A stretch of 64,000 nt of DNA from Octopus bimaculoides (taxonomy: Eukaryota): the NCBI RefSeq assembly GCF_001194135.2, contig NC_069001.1, positions 34,023,120-34,087,119 on the forward strand, read 5' to 3'. Numbering within the stretch: the first letter of the stretch is position 1; every line of letters starts with the position of its first letter. The notes under the pieces are model-generated. The model was not told the origin of the DNA. It ran no database searches and saw only the letters and a list, made by a program, of their open reading frames with translations. Positions 12,844 to 26,880 of the stretch are shown here, one piece after another. The translations under genes and the position numbers were made by a program.

Positions 12844-14329
12844 TGGATGCTTTGCAGAACTGGCATTGCAGAGACATTTCCATAAGATGCTGTGTTGTAG
12901 GACTGAAGCCAAAGTGCACATTTTGTAGCAACACTAATACAAGGCTGTATTAGTTCTGTCTCTTATGGGTTAATTTATTATTGGTGAGAACCAGAATTTA
13001 GGGCATGGGTAAAAGCTGGCTGATTTGAGTTTTCCCTCATTGTGCGCCAGTCTTTGCACTAACCTGTGTCAAGTTGAAAAACACTTTTTGCTATTCAATT
13101 GCTGTAATTTACGTTTTTCAACACATTCTTTGGTACTCTCTGTCTCTCTTCATATGGGCATTCATGCAGCTGTCATTCAGGCACTCTCTCTCTCTCTCTT
13201 ATTTCTTCTTTTCTGCTGATGCTTTGTAGAACTGGCATTGCAGAGATATTTCTATAAGGTGCTGCGCTGTAGGACTGAAACCAAAACGCTGTGGTCAGGA
13301 AGTAAACATCTTAATCATACCACCACATCGGCGCATAATTTATCGATATTTTTATAGATGTATTAATTTTATAGAAGTATATAAATTTTCTGATGGTATT
13401 TGAATGCTAACTGAGGACATGGTGATAACGGTGGTGGTGGTGATAACGGTGGTGGTGGTAGTGATAGTAGTAGTAGTTGCTGTAACACAGTCATTTGAAT
13501 ATCCTTTACATTTAGAAATAATTACTATTGCACTGATAGGAGTTGTTAAATAAATGTAAAAAAACAAAAACAAAAAAAACAAACAAATGTAAAACAGAAA
13601 AGAACAGAAAGCCACACACACACACACACACACACAAACAAGTGCTAATACAAACAACAAGGCGAGAATATTTAATTAAATAAAGCTTCTGTGCTTGCTT
13701 TCATTGAAATAGTATACACCACACGCATTTGTACTAACGGAAAATCATATTTAATACAAATGGACATATTGACATGTGTGTGAACAGGGACTGTGTATGG
13801 ATACATGTTCTATTCATATACACCAAATACATTTTAAATTAAGTGTACGCATACAGCTTTATGCAAATAGAATTTTGATATTTCACATAAAGATGTAAAA
13901 CATGCATGGATATGTACAATCTCACTTTTATATATATGTGTGTATATATGTGTGTGTATGTGTGAGTAGCCTAGTGTGTATTCATGTACATATTCATTTG
14001 ACATTAGGCTATTTGTACATTCAAAATAATTTGGGTCGTCTCTTATTGATATTGTTATGTGAAAAGAAGTTTGTTTCCCAACCACATTGTTCTGGGTTCA
14101 GTTCCACTGCATGACACCTTGGGCAAGTGTCTTCTGCTATAACTTCGGTATATATATAGGGAGAATTCACAAAAAACCAAAAGGCGAAGACAGGTGGTGT
14201 AGACAACAAACAGATGTATTAGTTTAATGCTCGAGAAGTAAAAAAGTCTTTAACACTTCGAGCTTACGCTCTTCCACAGAAAGGAACACAGAAAAGAACC
14301 AGGGAGAGAAAATAAAGAATGTGTAGTGG

Positions 14330-14365
<36 letters not shown>

Positions 14366-15294
14366 GTATTTCATCATTATCATTTAACATCTGTTTTCCA
14401 TGCTAGCATAGGTTGTACAGTTAGACAAGAACTGGCAGGTCGTAGGGTACATTGAGCTCCACTGTCAAGTTAAGCTAACTTTCTAAAGCAGGAAGTTCTT
14501 AATGCCAACTACCTCACAATGTATACTGGGTGCTTCTTTTTTGTGCCACCAGTGCTAGTGAGGTCACCAAGTAACTTGCAAGACAAGAAAAGAACAGGAA
14601 AAAGGCAAAAGACCCCTCAACTAAATGGCAGTGTTGGTGACAAGTATTTGAGAGGTGGCTTTATGTTACGTGTGGAAAGCTAAAGTATGATAGAATGACA
14701 AGCCCAGGTATTTTTCCACAGTGGAAATCCATGGCTATACAGCATTATATAAGGGTAGATGGGAGTAGCTGCAAAGAAGACAGATATTTTTGCGTGTGAT
14801 TGTAGACTGTAAACATTCATACAGATTCACACATATGCATTTGCACACATAAATACATACACAGATGCTGGAACACTCATACACACATATATGCACCAGA
14901 ATACAATGTGATGCCAGGTCCAGGAATTAGACCCACAACCTTATAATTCTGAGTCCAACGCCTTAACCACTGGGCCATGTGCCTGCACTCATAAATGATG
15001 TGCTTTAATACAACTGTATGGTGACATATATATCACTCGGGGGTGTAGATTTAGCAATCAGTATTGAAAGAAAATTCGATAATGCGCAACAGTGCATGTG
15101 AATAAATTAAGTTTTATATTAGAATATTTTTCTAACTTTGCTCCAAAACAATTTTGTATTCATAACCCTTCATTTTTGTAGCGAATTAATTAATTGAAAT
15201 ATTCTTTGGTGTATTTTGTAATCTTCCCTCACAATCATATATATGCATACATACAAACACAATATGTGTTTGTGTATATATGTGTGTGTGTAAA

Positions 15295-15329
<35 letters not shown>

Positions 15330-15339
15330 NNNNNNNNNN

Positions 15340-15370
<31 letters not shown>

Positions 15371-15743
15371 TGGTCTTAACATCATTCATCCATTGCACAT
15401 GAAGACTATTGAACTGAAAATTCTACAGTGGTAGTATATGTATCACTTTGAACATGATTGGCTCAATGCGTGTAAATAATATATATCCAAATGTAAACCA
15501 TGAATAAATCGGAAGAAAAATAGAGGTCAGAATAAATTTGCATATTCTAGTTAATATACAGATTTTAAAATACACTTAATACGCTCACATGCACACACGT
15601 TTATACACCTACAAGCCGTATATAAAGAATGCTCATTATTTATAATAGTTGACTAGCTTTTCACTAGCCACCATTATAATCAACCTGTTGTGAACATAAA
15701 TGTTAATGTTGTTATGAGAATAATTGTTGATATGTTTACTTAG

Positions 15744-15954
15744 GAACATTTTCCAAAACCTTACTTGCCATGTTGCAGCTAAATCTGTAAGTAACAAGTA
15801 ATGCTAACTGCCATTGCTTTGTTTAAAAGCACACATTAAACGGTGCGGTCTGGTTGCTTTACAGTATTTACCTTTTATAATTATCCTGTTAATAGTCTCA
15901 CTGCTGCTAGCTTTGCCTCTGATCATTGATGTGCTCTACCATAAGCACATGTAA
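15744..15954 (+). CDS. Candidate exon pair 15744-15786 (NIFQNLTCHVAAKS) and 15865-15954 (YLPFIIILLIVSLLLALPLIIDVLYHKHM*, TM-like)
   Basis: CT|GTAAGT donor, 78-nt intron, TTGCTTTACAG acceptor, phases compatible. Hydrophobicity may simply reflect T-richness. Confidence 0.2.
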
Positions 15955-16050
15955 TCGAAATGTTATCTTTGATCTGTTGTTTTCAAGAACTGAAAGATGT
16001 TTCACCAACCAATCAGAATTTGACATGCCTCTGGTTTTTGATTTCCTCTA

Positions 16051-16081
<31 letters not shown>

Positions 16082-16432
16082 ACTTTATCTTTTTCTCTTC
16101 TTCTTCATCTTCTTCTTCTTCTCTCCCTTATCACTTGCAGTCAATCAGCCAAAAGCGGCAGTTTGGTGATAGATAAAAGTCTTGTCATTAATCGAAGCAT
16201 TATAGTTGACAGTAATGTCTGTCATGTGTTTCAGAGCAAACATTGAATTCAATCCAAACTAGTACGCATCCATTAGTTAAACCTGGCAGCTTCATGCTCA
16301 TCTAAGGTGCCGACATTTGGAGGCTTCATGCTGTAATGTGCTTCTCAGTTTCTGCTGTTCCCATGTTCCATGATCACAAGTGGAATTAAGATGAGGTTAC
16401 ACTGTCACAAGTGGCATTAAAACATAGCTCAC

Positions 16433-16730
16433 CAATTGTATCCAGTGCCCTGGTGCTGCCTTTGAATCTAACAATAATTTTGGTAAATGACAAGTACAGA
16501 TATCATACAAACATACATGTGTTCTTGCACTGAGAGTTAGGTACCATATGAGGAAAATATTGTTTTCCTTCTAAATGAATATGAATAGAGACTTGAAACA
16601 TACCTACGAACAAATAGCTTCCAGCTACACCGCTCTGTAAGCTAAAAAGTAGGGGAACACCGTACCCATGTACTTCATCATCACTTCCGTCACTGCTGTT
16701 AATAATAAATGTTTTAGCACTAACTTCCAT
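16433..16730 (-). CDS. Alternative minus-strand candidate: exons 16730-16604 (MEVSAKTFIINSSDGSDDEVHGYGVPLLFSLQSGVAGSYLFV) and 16467-16433 (DSKAAPGHWIQL)
   Basis: AG|GTATGT and TG|GTGAGC donors, TTGTTAG acceptor, compatible phases, local CpG retention. Confidence 0.2.
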
Positions 16731-16904
16731 TTTAGATTTCTCTTTTCCAACAGTAATATGTGTGTGTGTGTGTGTGTATTATTAAAGTAATAAAATTAAT
16801 ATCTGGTCATAGAGTGATCAATGGTTCCACATCCACAAAGGTTGTAGCTTCGTAGATGACTCATCAAACTCTAGTCCAAGACAAAATTTACTCTTCCTCT
16901 CTAG

Positions 16905-18181
16905 GAGGTAGAAAGCCATTATAGTCATGGGTCAATTGGTCATCAGAGAATAAAAGCACTGGCACTAGTAAGGGCAGGTTATCTTCCCCAGTCCAGCTAT
17001 TTATCGACCTGGAGTTGGGAATAAGGGATCTGTCCTTTGGGCTGCTATTGGATTCTGACTTACTATGTTAAATGGCTCAGCATTGGCTATTAGTCATGTG
17101 TGTATAGAAAAATGAGCTTTTGTACTGAGTCTTTTGTTTCCATTGTCTTTAGTTAACAGTCCAGGTAATAGTCTTCTGCTTAGCATGTCCCTATACTTAA
17201 CTGTATCATAACTGCATCTTTAATTACTGTATTTATATATGATATGCAATTCTTTTATCGCAAATAAAACAATTGGATTGTGTGATTCCCGCTATGCTGG
17301 TTTTACAGCAGGTGAAGTTTATTGACTTACATTCAGAGTGTCTTAAGGGGTGTGCACAAGGCAGTCACTTCATTATAGATATGTTTGCTGTATTCAAAAG
17401 TGTGTTACATCTAAGGAAGGGGTGGCCAATTGGTTTCCTCACAAGGTGACTAAAAACTTGGCTTCACTGGTAAAGCTCAAATGGCACTTTCATATTTGCT
17501 TTTGATTCAGTTAGGATTCACTTTCAATGTATTTTACATGGCAATTATAATAAATCTGATTAAGCACTTCTTTTTCTGTATATCATTCAACTAAAGAAAA
17601 GTCAATGCATATTATCCACAAGACATTTTTCTTCAATATCATTTCCCTCAGTTAAGATGTATTTTATACATGAGTGTATATTATACATAAATAAGTGCAT
17701 TAACTAACCTAAGGAATTTTCTTCTCCAGTTATATATAAATTACTTCTTTTCAGTTGGCAGATCACTATTGTAATGTTGCTGTTTAACACTAGGCTAACT
17801 GATTTAACAAATTTGTAATCGAAAATCATCCCAGCTGCAACTAGCCTGTCATTTTGTATATAATGAATACTACTTACTTAAAATGTTCTTCCTTTTCTAT
17901 AGTAGGATATTATTGAGAAAGATTTATCTGTTATTTCTAGCAACCAAATAAAGGTGTTCTCATTGGATTGCCAGGCCTATATATTCTTTCTAGAGGTTAT
18001 AACACCAAAATTATTTTGTAAATATATATATTCTTATGTAGTATTAATTCATATGCTCTAAGCTGGGTTATGCACATTTACTCTTAGTTTCTTATTGTGT
18101 TTCTGAAATATGGATGACTGTTCTTCTGTATAGCAGAAGAATTGAAGCTTTTAATGTTATTACTTTCTGGAAATACTTTTG
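16905..18181 (+). CDS. Candidate exon chain 16905-16967, 17309-17445, 18134-18181
   Basis: Acceptors TTCCTCTCTAG, TTTTACAG and TTCTTCTGTATAG; donors GTAAGG, GTGACT and GTAAGA. Phases 0-0, 0-2 and 2-2 are open (EVESHYSHGSIGHQRIKALAL / QVKFIDLH...GWPIGFLT / RRIEAFNVITFWKYF). No homology recognised. Confidence 0.2.
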
Positions 18182-18276
18182 GTAAGATTTTGGATCTGAC
18201 GATCTTTATTAATAATATTTGTACATGTAAGCATGTTGCATATGGTATCAGATATGCACACACACACACATACATA

Positions 18277-18309
<33 letters not shown>

Positions 18310-18879
18310 NNNNNNNNNNNNNNNNNNNNNNNNNNNNNNNNNNNNNNNNNNNNNNNNNNNNNNNNNNNNNNNNNNNNNNNNNNNNNNNNNNNTATATACA
18401 TACACACAATATATACTCACACATACAAATATTTATGCTTATACACTTGCACACACATATGCATGAGTACATTTATTTATGTATAAAGATTAGGTATAAA
18501 AAGTGAGATACTTATTACCTGTCCAAGTTTTAGAAAAGAATTGTAAATGATAGAGCTTTCTGAGAGTGTATCAACCGCACGCACACACACACACACACAC
18601 AACCTCTTATGTGAATCCTACCATAATAGCTAGGAAGTTATTTATGTCCTTGGCCGGGTTTTCCATTAGCAACACCCTAATTCTACATCATTGTGGCTGT
18701 AAATCTAGCAATGTCTTCCTTTTGTCATTTTGTATATGTCACTACTTAACACCACCACCACCACCACCATCGTCATCATCATCATCGTCACCATTGTCAT
18801 TGTACCTTGCATCCACATCATCATCATCATTAACAAACCAATATATACATAATGTATATGTTCTGCTTAATTGTGATAC

Positions 18880-20000
18880 ATTGTATTGCTTCTTCCCTTC
18901 TTTTTTTTCTTCATCCATTTAACCATTTCATTTCATCCTTTTATGCTCTTCTTTTTCATTCCTCTCTCTCTCTCTGCTTTGTTCAGCTTTCTCATTCTTT
19001 TATTCTCTTTCATTTTTCTTTGACTTCATTCATATCTATCCTTCATTTTTTTCTCTTGTTCTTCTTTCTTTATCACTCTTATCTCTATTTCATTCCACTC
19101 ATTTAATTTTACTTTCTGTTTTTTCTTCTTTTTCATTCTTCTTTCTTTTTTTATTCCCTTTATCTCTTTCATTCTTTCTGTTTATCCTTTCTTTCATTTC
19201 AGTCTTCTCTTTACTTTGTTTTTTTCTGTTTCATTTTTCTGTTTCTTTCTTTCTTTCTAATTCATTCTTTTATATTTTCAATCATTCTTTCAAACTTACA
19301 TTTTGTTTCATTCTTCTTTCTGCTTATTCTTCCCTTCGTTTCATTCTTCACTCTCTTTCCTTCGTTCCCTTTTTAAAATTTCATTTTGTTTCATTCTTTT
19401 TTCTGCTTATTCTTTCCTTTGTTACATTCTTCTCTCTCTTTCCTTTCGTTGCTTATTCTTTCCTTCATTTCATTCTTCTCTCTCTTTTCTTTCATTCCCT
19501 TTTTAAAATTTCATTTTGTTTCATTCTTCTTTCCTTTGACCTTTATCTTTCTTTTTGTATCTGGTTGCTGCTGCTTCAGCCTTGTTTCTTCTTCTTCTTC
19601 TTCTTCTTCTTCTTCTTCTTCTTCACCACTGGCATACATTTTGGTTTCCCATTGGCTGTCACATTTCAAATGGTCAGCCAATCAACTGTCCTTCTGCTAT
19701 TTCATTCATTCTCCTTTATTTGCATGTTTGTATATCTATGCATTGTTTCATTCTTTTTTGTTTTTTCATGAATTTCTTCATCTCTAATTTTGGTTAAATT
19801 TTCTTTTAGTGTCATTCTCTAACATTCTTCTCTCCTGTTCCCTGCTTATTTTATATTTCCTTATTTCATTTTTGTAGGGGTTTTTTTCTCCAAATTTTTC
19901 CCATTTATTCTTTGTCTTGCTCTTACCACTTGATTCTCCCTTTTCCTTTTTTTCTTCTTTGTGTTTTCTCATTATCTTCACTAGTCTTTCTTTCTTTCTT
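18880..20000. repeat. Long pyrimidine-rich (CT/CTT) low-complexity tract with ~80-bp internal duplications
   Basis: TTTCATTTTGTTTCATTCTT...CCCTTTTTAAAA is repeated at about 19300-19530. (CTT)n at 19588-19623. Confidence 0.85.
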
Positions 20001-20364
20001 TGTTGTTTACAATCACCTTCGTGCTTTTGTTGAACCCTATTTCATTTCTTCCAATATTTTCCTAAAATGCTACGTGATAAGAAGAAACACACTCTCACGT
20101 TTGTTTTTGCAAAACCTGATTGAAGATCTTTAGCCTTCTAAAAAAAAAAAATAAAAAAACCAACAACAATCTCCAACAAACCCTAAATCTAAAGGAACAA
20201 TAGTCATTGTCCACTTGTTAATATTTGCAGAAGTTTCATTCAGCCCAAACACCTATCTTTTTTTATTTTATTGTCATTTTTTTTTTAATAGTTATTTATA
20301 TTTTGGGATCAGATGTAAATAGTAGATCCTAATACCTGGAACTACTATTTGTTGTCACTGAATA

Positions 20365-20670
20365 CAGGGCCGTCACTAAGTTCCTGCACCCCTTGTGGTC
20401 ATAGTCGGCCTCCGCGGTTGCGGGGCCCTATGTTAAGATCAAAGTACGTAAGTGAATCATCTATTTACTTTGGTAAAGATGTTGAACAAGAATTAAACCA
20501 TGTTAACTGAAAATTTCAAGAAATGAAATGGTAATACATCGTACCTGCAAAAGTTCTTACAAAAATATCCAGATTTTGTGGATTGTCTATGATATCTATT
20601 GAATAGGAACTCAGTTCTCAGCTTGATTAATCTGAACTGATCAATGATTTTGCAAAACGAAAAGTGTTCT
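20365..20670 (+). mobile_element. Internally deleted hAT DNA transposon remnant
   Basis: Starts CAGGGCCGTC with GC-rich GGGGCCC subterminal motifs. Bases 20580-20666 translate GLSMISIE*ELSSQLD*SELINDFAKRK, matching the hAT C-terminal dimerisation motif (L..LSIE.E....D...I..FA..K). No right TIR was found. Confidence 0.6.
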
Positions 20671-21690
20671 GTGTTTGTCTTTGAAAGTTGCCTGGATTAT
20701 AAAAATGCTTAGGTGTTAAATAGGATGGTAAAAACTCTGATTGTAATTTGTTTGAAATTTCCTTTTGCTTGGCCTTTAAGCAATGATTTATTGTATTAAA
20801 TAGTTGATATATATATTATTGAAGCATATGTATCTTTCCCAAATTGGTAACCATCAAATGACAAAAACAAAAATTCTTGGTATATTTTAATGAAGTGATA
20901 CATATAAACAATAAAACATAAATTTATTGCTTATATGAATCACTTCATTAAATTATCAGATCAATATATCATTCCAATTAGTAAACTTTATTGATTTCTT
21001 TTTTTTTTTTACCTCATTTCCATTACTGCTGAAATGTAAACAAACATAACAAAATTATTTCTAACTCATTACATTTTCTATTTAAAATACATTGTAGATT
21101 TAATCTAGTGTTCAACCTTACTTCATACATATCATATAGTCTATTACATTTAGCATCTTTTATATTTTATATTCATAATATTCTTGTGTATATTCATCTA
21201 CATATCTGTAATGTAAATAAACACAACTTATCAAATGAATAAATTTTCTATATCTGGCTGCTTTTCCATTACATTAATTGCTCAAACATAAATAAAGTGT
21301 CACACCTATTTTCTAAGCTGGTACTGGTAAAATTTGAACATGCAAACCTCATCAAGTTGTCTGTGCACTATCAGACATCCCCTACTCCACACATTCACTC
21401 CTGTCACCTCTACCCAACCCATTCCTATGTACCTCATATCTTGAGGGTCCACTCTCACACTTCATCACTACTAAATTCACTTTCAGGCTCCCTTTGAATG
21501 CTAAAATGTGAGTTGTCATATAGCTCCTCTACAACAAGAAACCCATTCTGCTCTGGCCCTTTATCTCATGCCCCTCTCTGCTCCTTGCCCTCCTAGTGTA
21601 TTGCACCCCTCCTCATTTCGGGTTTATAGTGTTGCAAGTTACATGGCAACCTTACTAGAGCTGGTGGCATGAAAAAAAGCATCCAAATAT

Positions 21691-21955
21691 GGTGGAATGG
21701 TAAGAACTTTGCTTCCCAGCTGCATGGTTCTGGGTTCAGTCACACTGCGTGACACCTTGGGCAAGTGTCTTCTACTAAAGCCTTGGACCAACCAAAGCCT
21801 TGGGTGAACCAAAGCCCTGGACCAACCAAAGTCTTGGGCCAACCAAAGCCTTGTGTGTGGATTTCGTAGGCAGAAGTTGAAAAAAAATCTTATCACATAC
21901 ATACATATATACATACATGTGTACATATATACATACATATAAAAATATGTCTGTT

Positions 21956-21995
<40 letters not shown>

Positions 21996-22198
21996 CATTT
22001 GTCCCTCATCACTGCTGCTTGACAACCAGTCTTGGTGTGCCTATGTACCTGTAACTTAGCAGTTCGGCAAAAGACACCAGTAGAACAAGCACCAGGTTTT
22101 TAAAAAAAGGTACTGGGGTCAATTCATTTGACAAAATATTCTTCAAGGCAGTGCTCCAGTATTGCCACAGTCAAATAAATAAAACAAGTATAAAAGAT
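21691..22198 (+). mobile_element. Family A plus tail C SINE with an internal 17-bp expansion
   Basis: Same head and tail. Four tandem copies of CCTTGGACCAACCAAAG at 21781-21848. Confidence 0.8.
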
Positions 22199-22848
22199 AC
22201 ACTGTAAAGTGGTTTGTATTAGGAAAGGCAGTTGCGGAAACCATACCAAGCAAACACTGGAGCACAGGTATAGTCCTTGGGTCCATAGTACCCTGTCGAA
22301 CCATCCAACTCATACTAGCATGGAACAGAGGTATCGAATGATGAGGATGTTAATTCTCTATGATAGACTGGTTTTAGCTAATCATTCTATTTCCACTCTT
22401 TTATCAAAAGATTATCAGACTTAAGTTAAATTTAGAAATGAATTCAACAAACCAGAAACACACAGATGAAAAGAAAGAGAAAATCTAAGAAAACTAAGCA
22501 ACACTGAAATTTAGTGAAAATTCACTTCAATTAACCAGATCTCTACTTGTTTCAAGAAGGGCAGTTTTTATGGTGAATTACTTCAACTTTTTGTCATGAA
22601 CAGATTTTCTTGTTGAGTTACTACATTTCTTTGCTTCTTTTTTTTTTCTTTTTCTTCTTTAAATGAATAACTAAGAACCTGACAATAGCAGAAAATTAGA
22701 TTTGTTGGTAATTATAGTTTTGGATAAGATCAGAATGAAGTGGCATTCAGAATATAGCTTGACGGTATTTTTTTTTTATAGCTTTGCAATATTCAAACAA
22801 ATTGTCTACTGGTCAGTTCGTCTGTTTATCTGTTCATCTCTCTGTCCC

Positions 22849-22925
<77 letters not shown>

Positions 22926-22992
22926 NNNNNNNNNNNNNNNNNNNNNNNNNNNNNNNNNNNNNNNNNNNNNNNNNNNNNNNNNNNNNNNNNNN

Positions 22993-23034
<42 letters not shown>

Positions 23035-23200
23035 AATATTTGTGCATGCTTGTATGTATGCATATATATATATATATGCACACAAATGTGTGTGTATGTG
23101 TATATATGTATATATATATATATATGTATATATATGTACACAAATATGTGTGCATGCTTGTATGTTTGCATGTATATATATATGCACACAAATGTGTGTG

Positions 23201-23238
<38 letters not shown>

Positions 23239-24478
23239 GTTTTCATAATCACTTGAATAACCTCAAAGTAAGATTGTGAAGTATTTTGATTGTAATGAAA
23301 ATTTTAATGATTTCATTGGAATAAGATTTGTTTGTCATTGTTGAATATTTGCGATGAACTGTGATTGGGACATAATTTGTCAATTAAATGATTGGTGATG
23401 ACTCTCCCCACCCCTCATAGATCACTACACTTCATATTATAAAGTACTTTTGCTGATTATTACAATGAAATACCAGTACTTGCTTTGACAGAATTTTAGC
23501 AATAACAAGCAATGGTGCTATTCTAAACTGGATTTTAAATACTGAACAAGAAATTAAAAAGAAAGTCATAGACTAACGAAGTATTGTTTAATTAAAAAAT
23601 CTGGTGAGCTAGATTTGCAATATAGTTTATTCTTTTACTTGTTTGTCATGTGACTATGGCCACACTGGAGCACTTTCTTTTAATCGAGCAAACACACACA
23701 CATACATGATGGGCTCCTTTCAGTTTCCATCAACCAAATCCACTCACAAGGATTTTCATTAGTTTTTAGCCCAAGTAGAAGGGACAATGTCTGTTGCATT
23801 TTCTGGATCTCATAAGCATAGTGTGTTTAAGATTGTGTAGGCAAGGTATGGAAAGAAGGATAGTTTCAGAGAGGTGTAGTCGACAGAAAAGAAAAACAAA
23901 AACAATTGGGTGACCTGTTTAGTTCAGGTTTTGGAACAAGAGATAGAATCAAATTGCATAAATTAATATCGCATTCAGAAAATGCCTGTGCTACTTAAAA
24001 TGATTACAATCTCTTGATGTAGCACTTAATGTTACTTTTCCAAAAGGTACTCTGTTGTGTTTATAGCCTGATTGGAGATAAAGATCTGAGAATTTTATGG
24101 ATGGCGTTCCTAATTTTTTAATTTTGTGCATGATGCTCAAAGATTTTAAAACCTGCATATTGTAGTAAGTCAGACAGCTGCTTAGGAAAATGGGTGCTGC
24201 CAATAAGTAATGATAAGAATATTTTGACAATCAACAGGTAACTAATGTGTATGTATATAAAAATATGTGAATATTGTGTTAGTATCTACACATACACGTA
24301 CACACACATATATATACATATTCTTTTCTAACCTTTCTGCCAGCTCGCCGCCTTCATATATATATATATATATATCATCATCATCATCATCATCGTTTAA
24401 CGTCCGCTTTCCATGCTAGCATGGGTTGGACAATTTGACTGAGGACTGGTGAAACCGGATGGCAACACCAGGCTCCAG

Positions 24479-24509
<31 letters not shown>

Positions 24510-24514
<5 letters not shown>

Positions 24515-24725
24515 TTTTCTACTCTAAGCACATGGCCCAAAATTTTTGGGGAGGAGACCACTTGATTAGATCAACCCCAGTATGCAACTGGTACTTTATT
24601 TATCGACCCTGAAAGGATGAAAGGCAAAGTCGACCTTGGTGGAATTTGAACTCAGAACATAAAAGATAGACGAAATACTGCTAAGCATGTCGCTCAGCAT
24701 GCTAAGGTTTCTGCCAGCTCACTGG
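24510..24725 (-). mobile_element. Family B SINE
   Basis: CAACTGGTACTTTATTTATCGACCCTGAAAGGATGAAAGGCAAAGTCGACC...GAACTCAGAAC...CTGCCAGCTC. Confidence 0.8.
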
Positions 24726-24941
24726 CTTAGAAATGTGTTTGTTTGTGGTGAGTGTATATGTATGTATGTATGTATGTATGTGAGAATTCCAATTTTTAGA
24801 ATAAGTATTCTGCATCCCTGTGTGTGTTGTAAGAAGCAGCTAAAAGGGTTAATGTCAGGAATGGCATCTAATTGTAAAACACTGCCTCAAAAAATCTCAG
24901 CCAACCTATACCAGCATGGAAGAGCAGATATGAAAATAATG

Positions 24942-24979
<38 letters not shown>

Positions 24980-25077
24980 TTTATTCACAATAATAAGAAA
25001 ATAAAGTTCTGTTACGGGTATTGAATGCTTTTCTCTCTCTCTCTCTCTACACACACATGCACATATGTATATTTATA

Positions 25078-25138
<61 letters not shown>

Positions 25139-25804
25139 ATGTATATATACACATGCGTACACCACACACATTTGTATTGCTTATATATCGGTATGCAGAT
25201 GCATCATATGCAAAAGTATACTTTGAGAGTGTGTACAGATTGCAGACAATAACGCTACAACATCAAAGCAGAAAGTTCTTTGAAAAATCCCTTATCTTAG
25301 AAAAAAAATTAATAATTTGATGAAAACTAATAAAAATTATCCATTTTTCTTTTAACTTCCTTTTTGATGAATTACATATTGACTTCATAAACAACTTTTG
25401 AAGTATCTTTTCTATTTTTTATTCATTTCGCATGGCAAATTTTTTAGTTTAGACTTTGATAATTCAAATCCCAAATTATATAAAATATGTTCATACTTTA
25501 AATTTAATGCCTGCTACTAACATCCGTCATTGTTATGAATGTCATCATCACCAGTATTATCATCTCTGTCATCATTACCATTCTGATTAGTACTAAGATC
25601 GTTATATTAATAATATATTGCCATCATCATAACCAGTTCAAAATCCATTTTTGTTATGAGCTGAGTTTCAGAGGTTTGTTAAACCTCCTTTCTTTTCTTC
25701 TTGCCTTAGATTAGCTTCACCTGTAAATGTTAATTTGAGGATATTATTTTAAAGTAAACTGAGGAATAACAACACATCATTAAGTGAGGGATTGACTCAA
25801 AATT

Positions 25805-25941
25805 AAGTCTGGGGTCTATATGGCCCTTGGGGGAGGGGTCCATATAAGATTTTGTTGTTAACATTTATGTGCATTAAACTGGTTATATTTCTACAATACA
25901 TAAAATATTTAAATAATTTTTTTAAATACAATTTCTAATAA
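25805..25941 (+). mobile_element. Partial copy of the hAT-type MITE
   Basis: GGGGTCCATATAAGATTTTGTTGTTAA...ACTGGTTATATTTCTACAATAC is shared with the 37757 and 61445 copies. Confidence 0.6.
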
Positions 25942-26086
25942 TACAATGGAGTGCTGGAAAGTTCCTGGTATTGGGGTAAAAGAAAATACAGGAGGATCAA
26001 TTAATTATGATTTTATTGGACATATTCCCCTCTCAGATTCACACACTTAATGCAGTGGTCCTTCAGTTTTTCTAAGCCCTGTAAAA
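25942..26086 (+). mobile_element. Tc1/mariner-type terminal fragment
   Basis: TACAATGGAGTGCTGGAAAGTTCCTGG...ATATTCCCCTCTCAGATTCACACACTT resembles mariner left ends (TACGAGGG.TGCTGAAAAGTTC). Recognised from memory, not aligned. Confidence 0.5.
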
Positions 26087-26104
26087 TATTTATGTATCCC
26101 TCTT

Positions 26105-26880
26105 ATCCTAACTAGTTAGCAGAGTTATTTTCATTACAGCATAGAACAAAATTCTTTATCATATTTGTTCCAGCTCTCTTTGCACTTAATTCAGAGTCCA
26201 TGCAGGTCAACTTTGCCTTACATTTTTTTCTTTGGAGTTCATGAAATAAAGTACCGATCCAGTATAGTGGATTAGTGGAACAACATACAAAATACCTTGT
26301 GTTATTTGTTCTACTTATGTGCATTCTGAGTTCTTAGCTGGTAGATTTAATTCATTGCCCAGTTTGACAACAACCAATTGGTTTCTTTTGGCAGAATTCA
26401 CTCTGTTACAAAGATTTCAGCCTGGTTTCCAACTGGATAATGGAGAAAACCGTTAGCGTTAATGTTAATGATTTCCAAAACTAATCAATTGGATCCCATT
26501 GTGATGCATTCTTTGTAATAATGATGCATTCTTCATAATACGATCTTCCTTTGAGATCTTTGTGTATACTTTGTATACTGGAAAATTAGCAGAGTTGTTG
26601 GAATGTAGGACAAAATGCCTTGAGGTATTGTTTCTGGCCCTTCTTTTGCTGCCAACTCAAGAAGGGGCTGAAGTTGGCTGTGCAGGAAACAGAATGTAGA
26701 ACAAAATGCCTTGTGATGTTTGTTTGTTCTGGCTTTCTGTGCTCTGAGATTAAATTCTGCCAAGTTCGATGTTCCCTTTCAGAGCTCAGAACATTGGATT
26801 GGTGGATGTGTTAGGATATCAGACAAAAGGCCTTGTGGTATTTCTTCTGACTTTTTGCCATATAAGTTCTTGGATGGCAG
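26105..26880 (-). mobile_element. About five old, degenerate family B-related SINE fragments
   Basis: Recurrent minus-strand GAA(C/T)TCAGA...GAACAAAT...CAAGG(C/T)ATTTTGT motif, the same as at 49200 and 62320. This explains the quasi-repeated ORFs here. Confidence 0.55.

Noticed and set aside
13352-13545. Thr-rich minus-strand ORFs (also 38290-38660) resembling mucin exons
   Set aside because: They are driven by trinucleotide repeats, and stops interrupt the frames at 38.3-38.5 kb.
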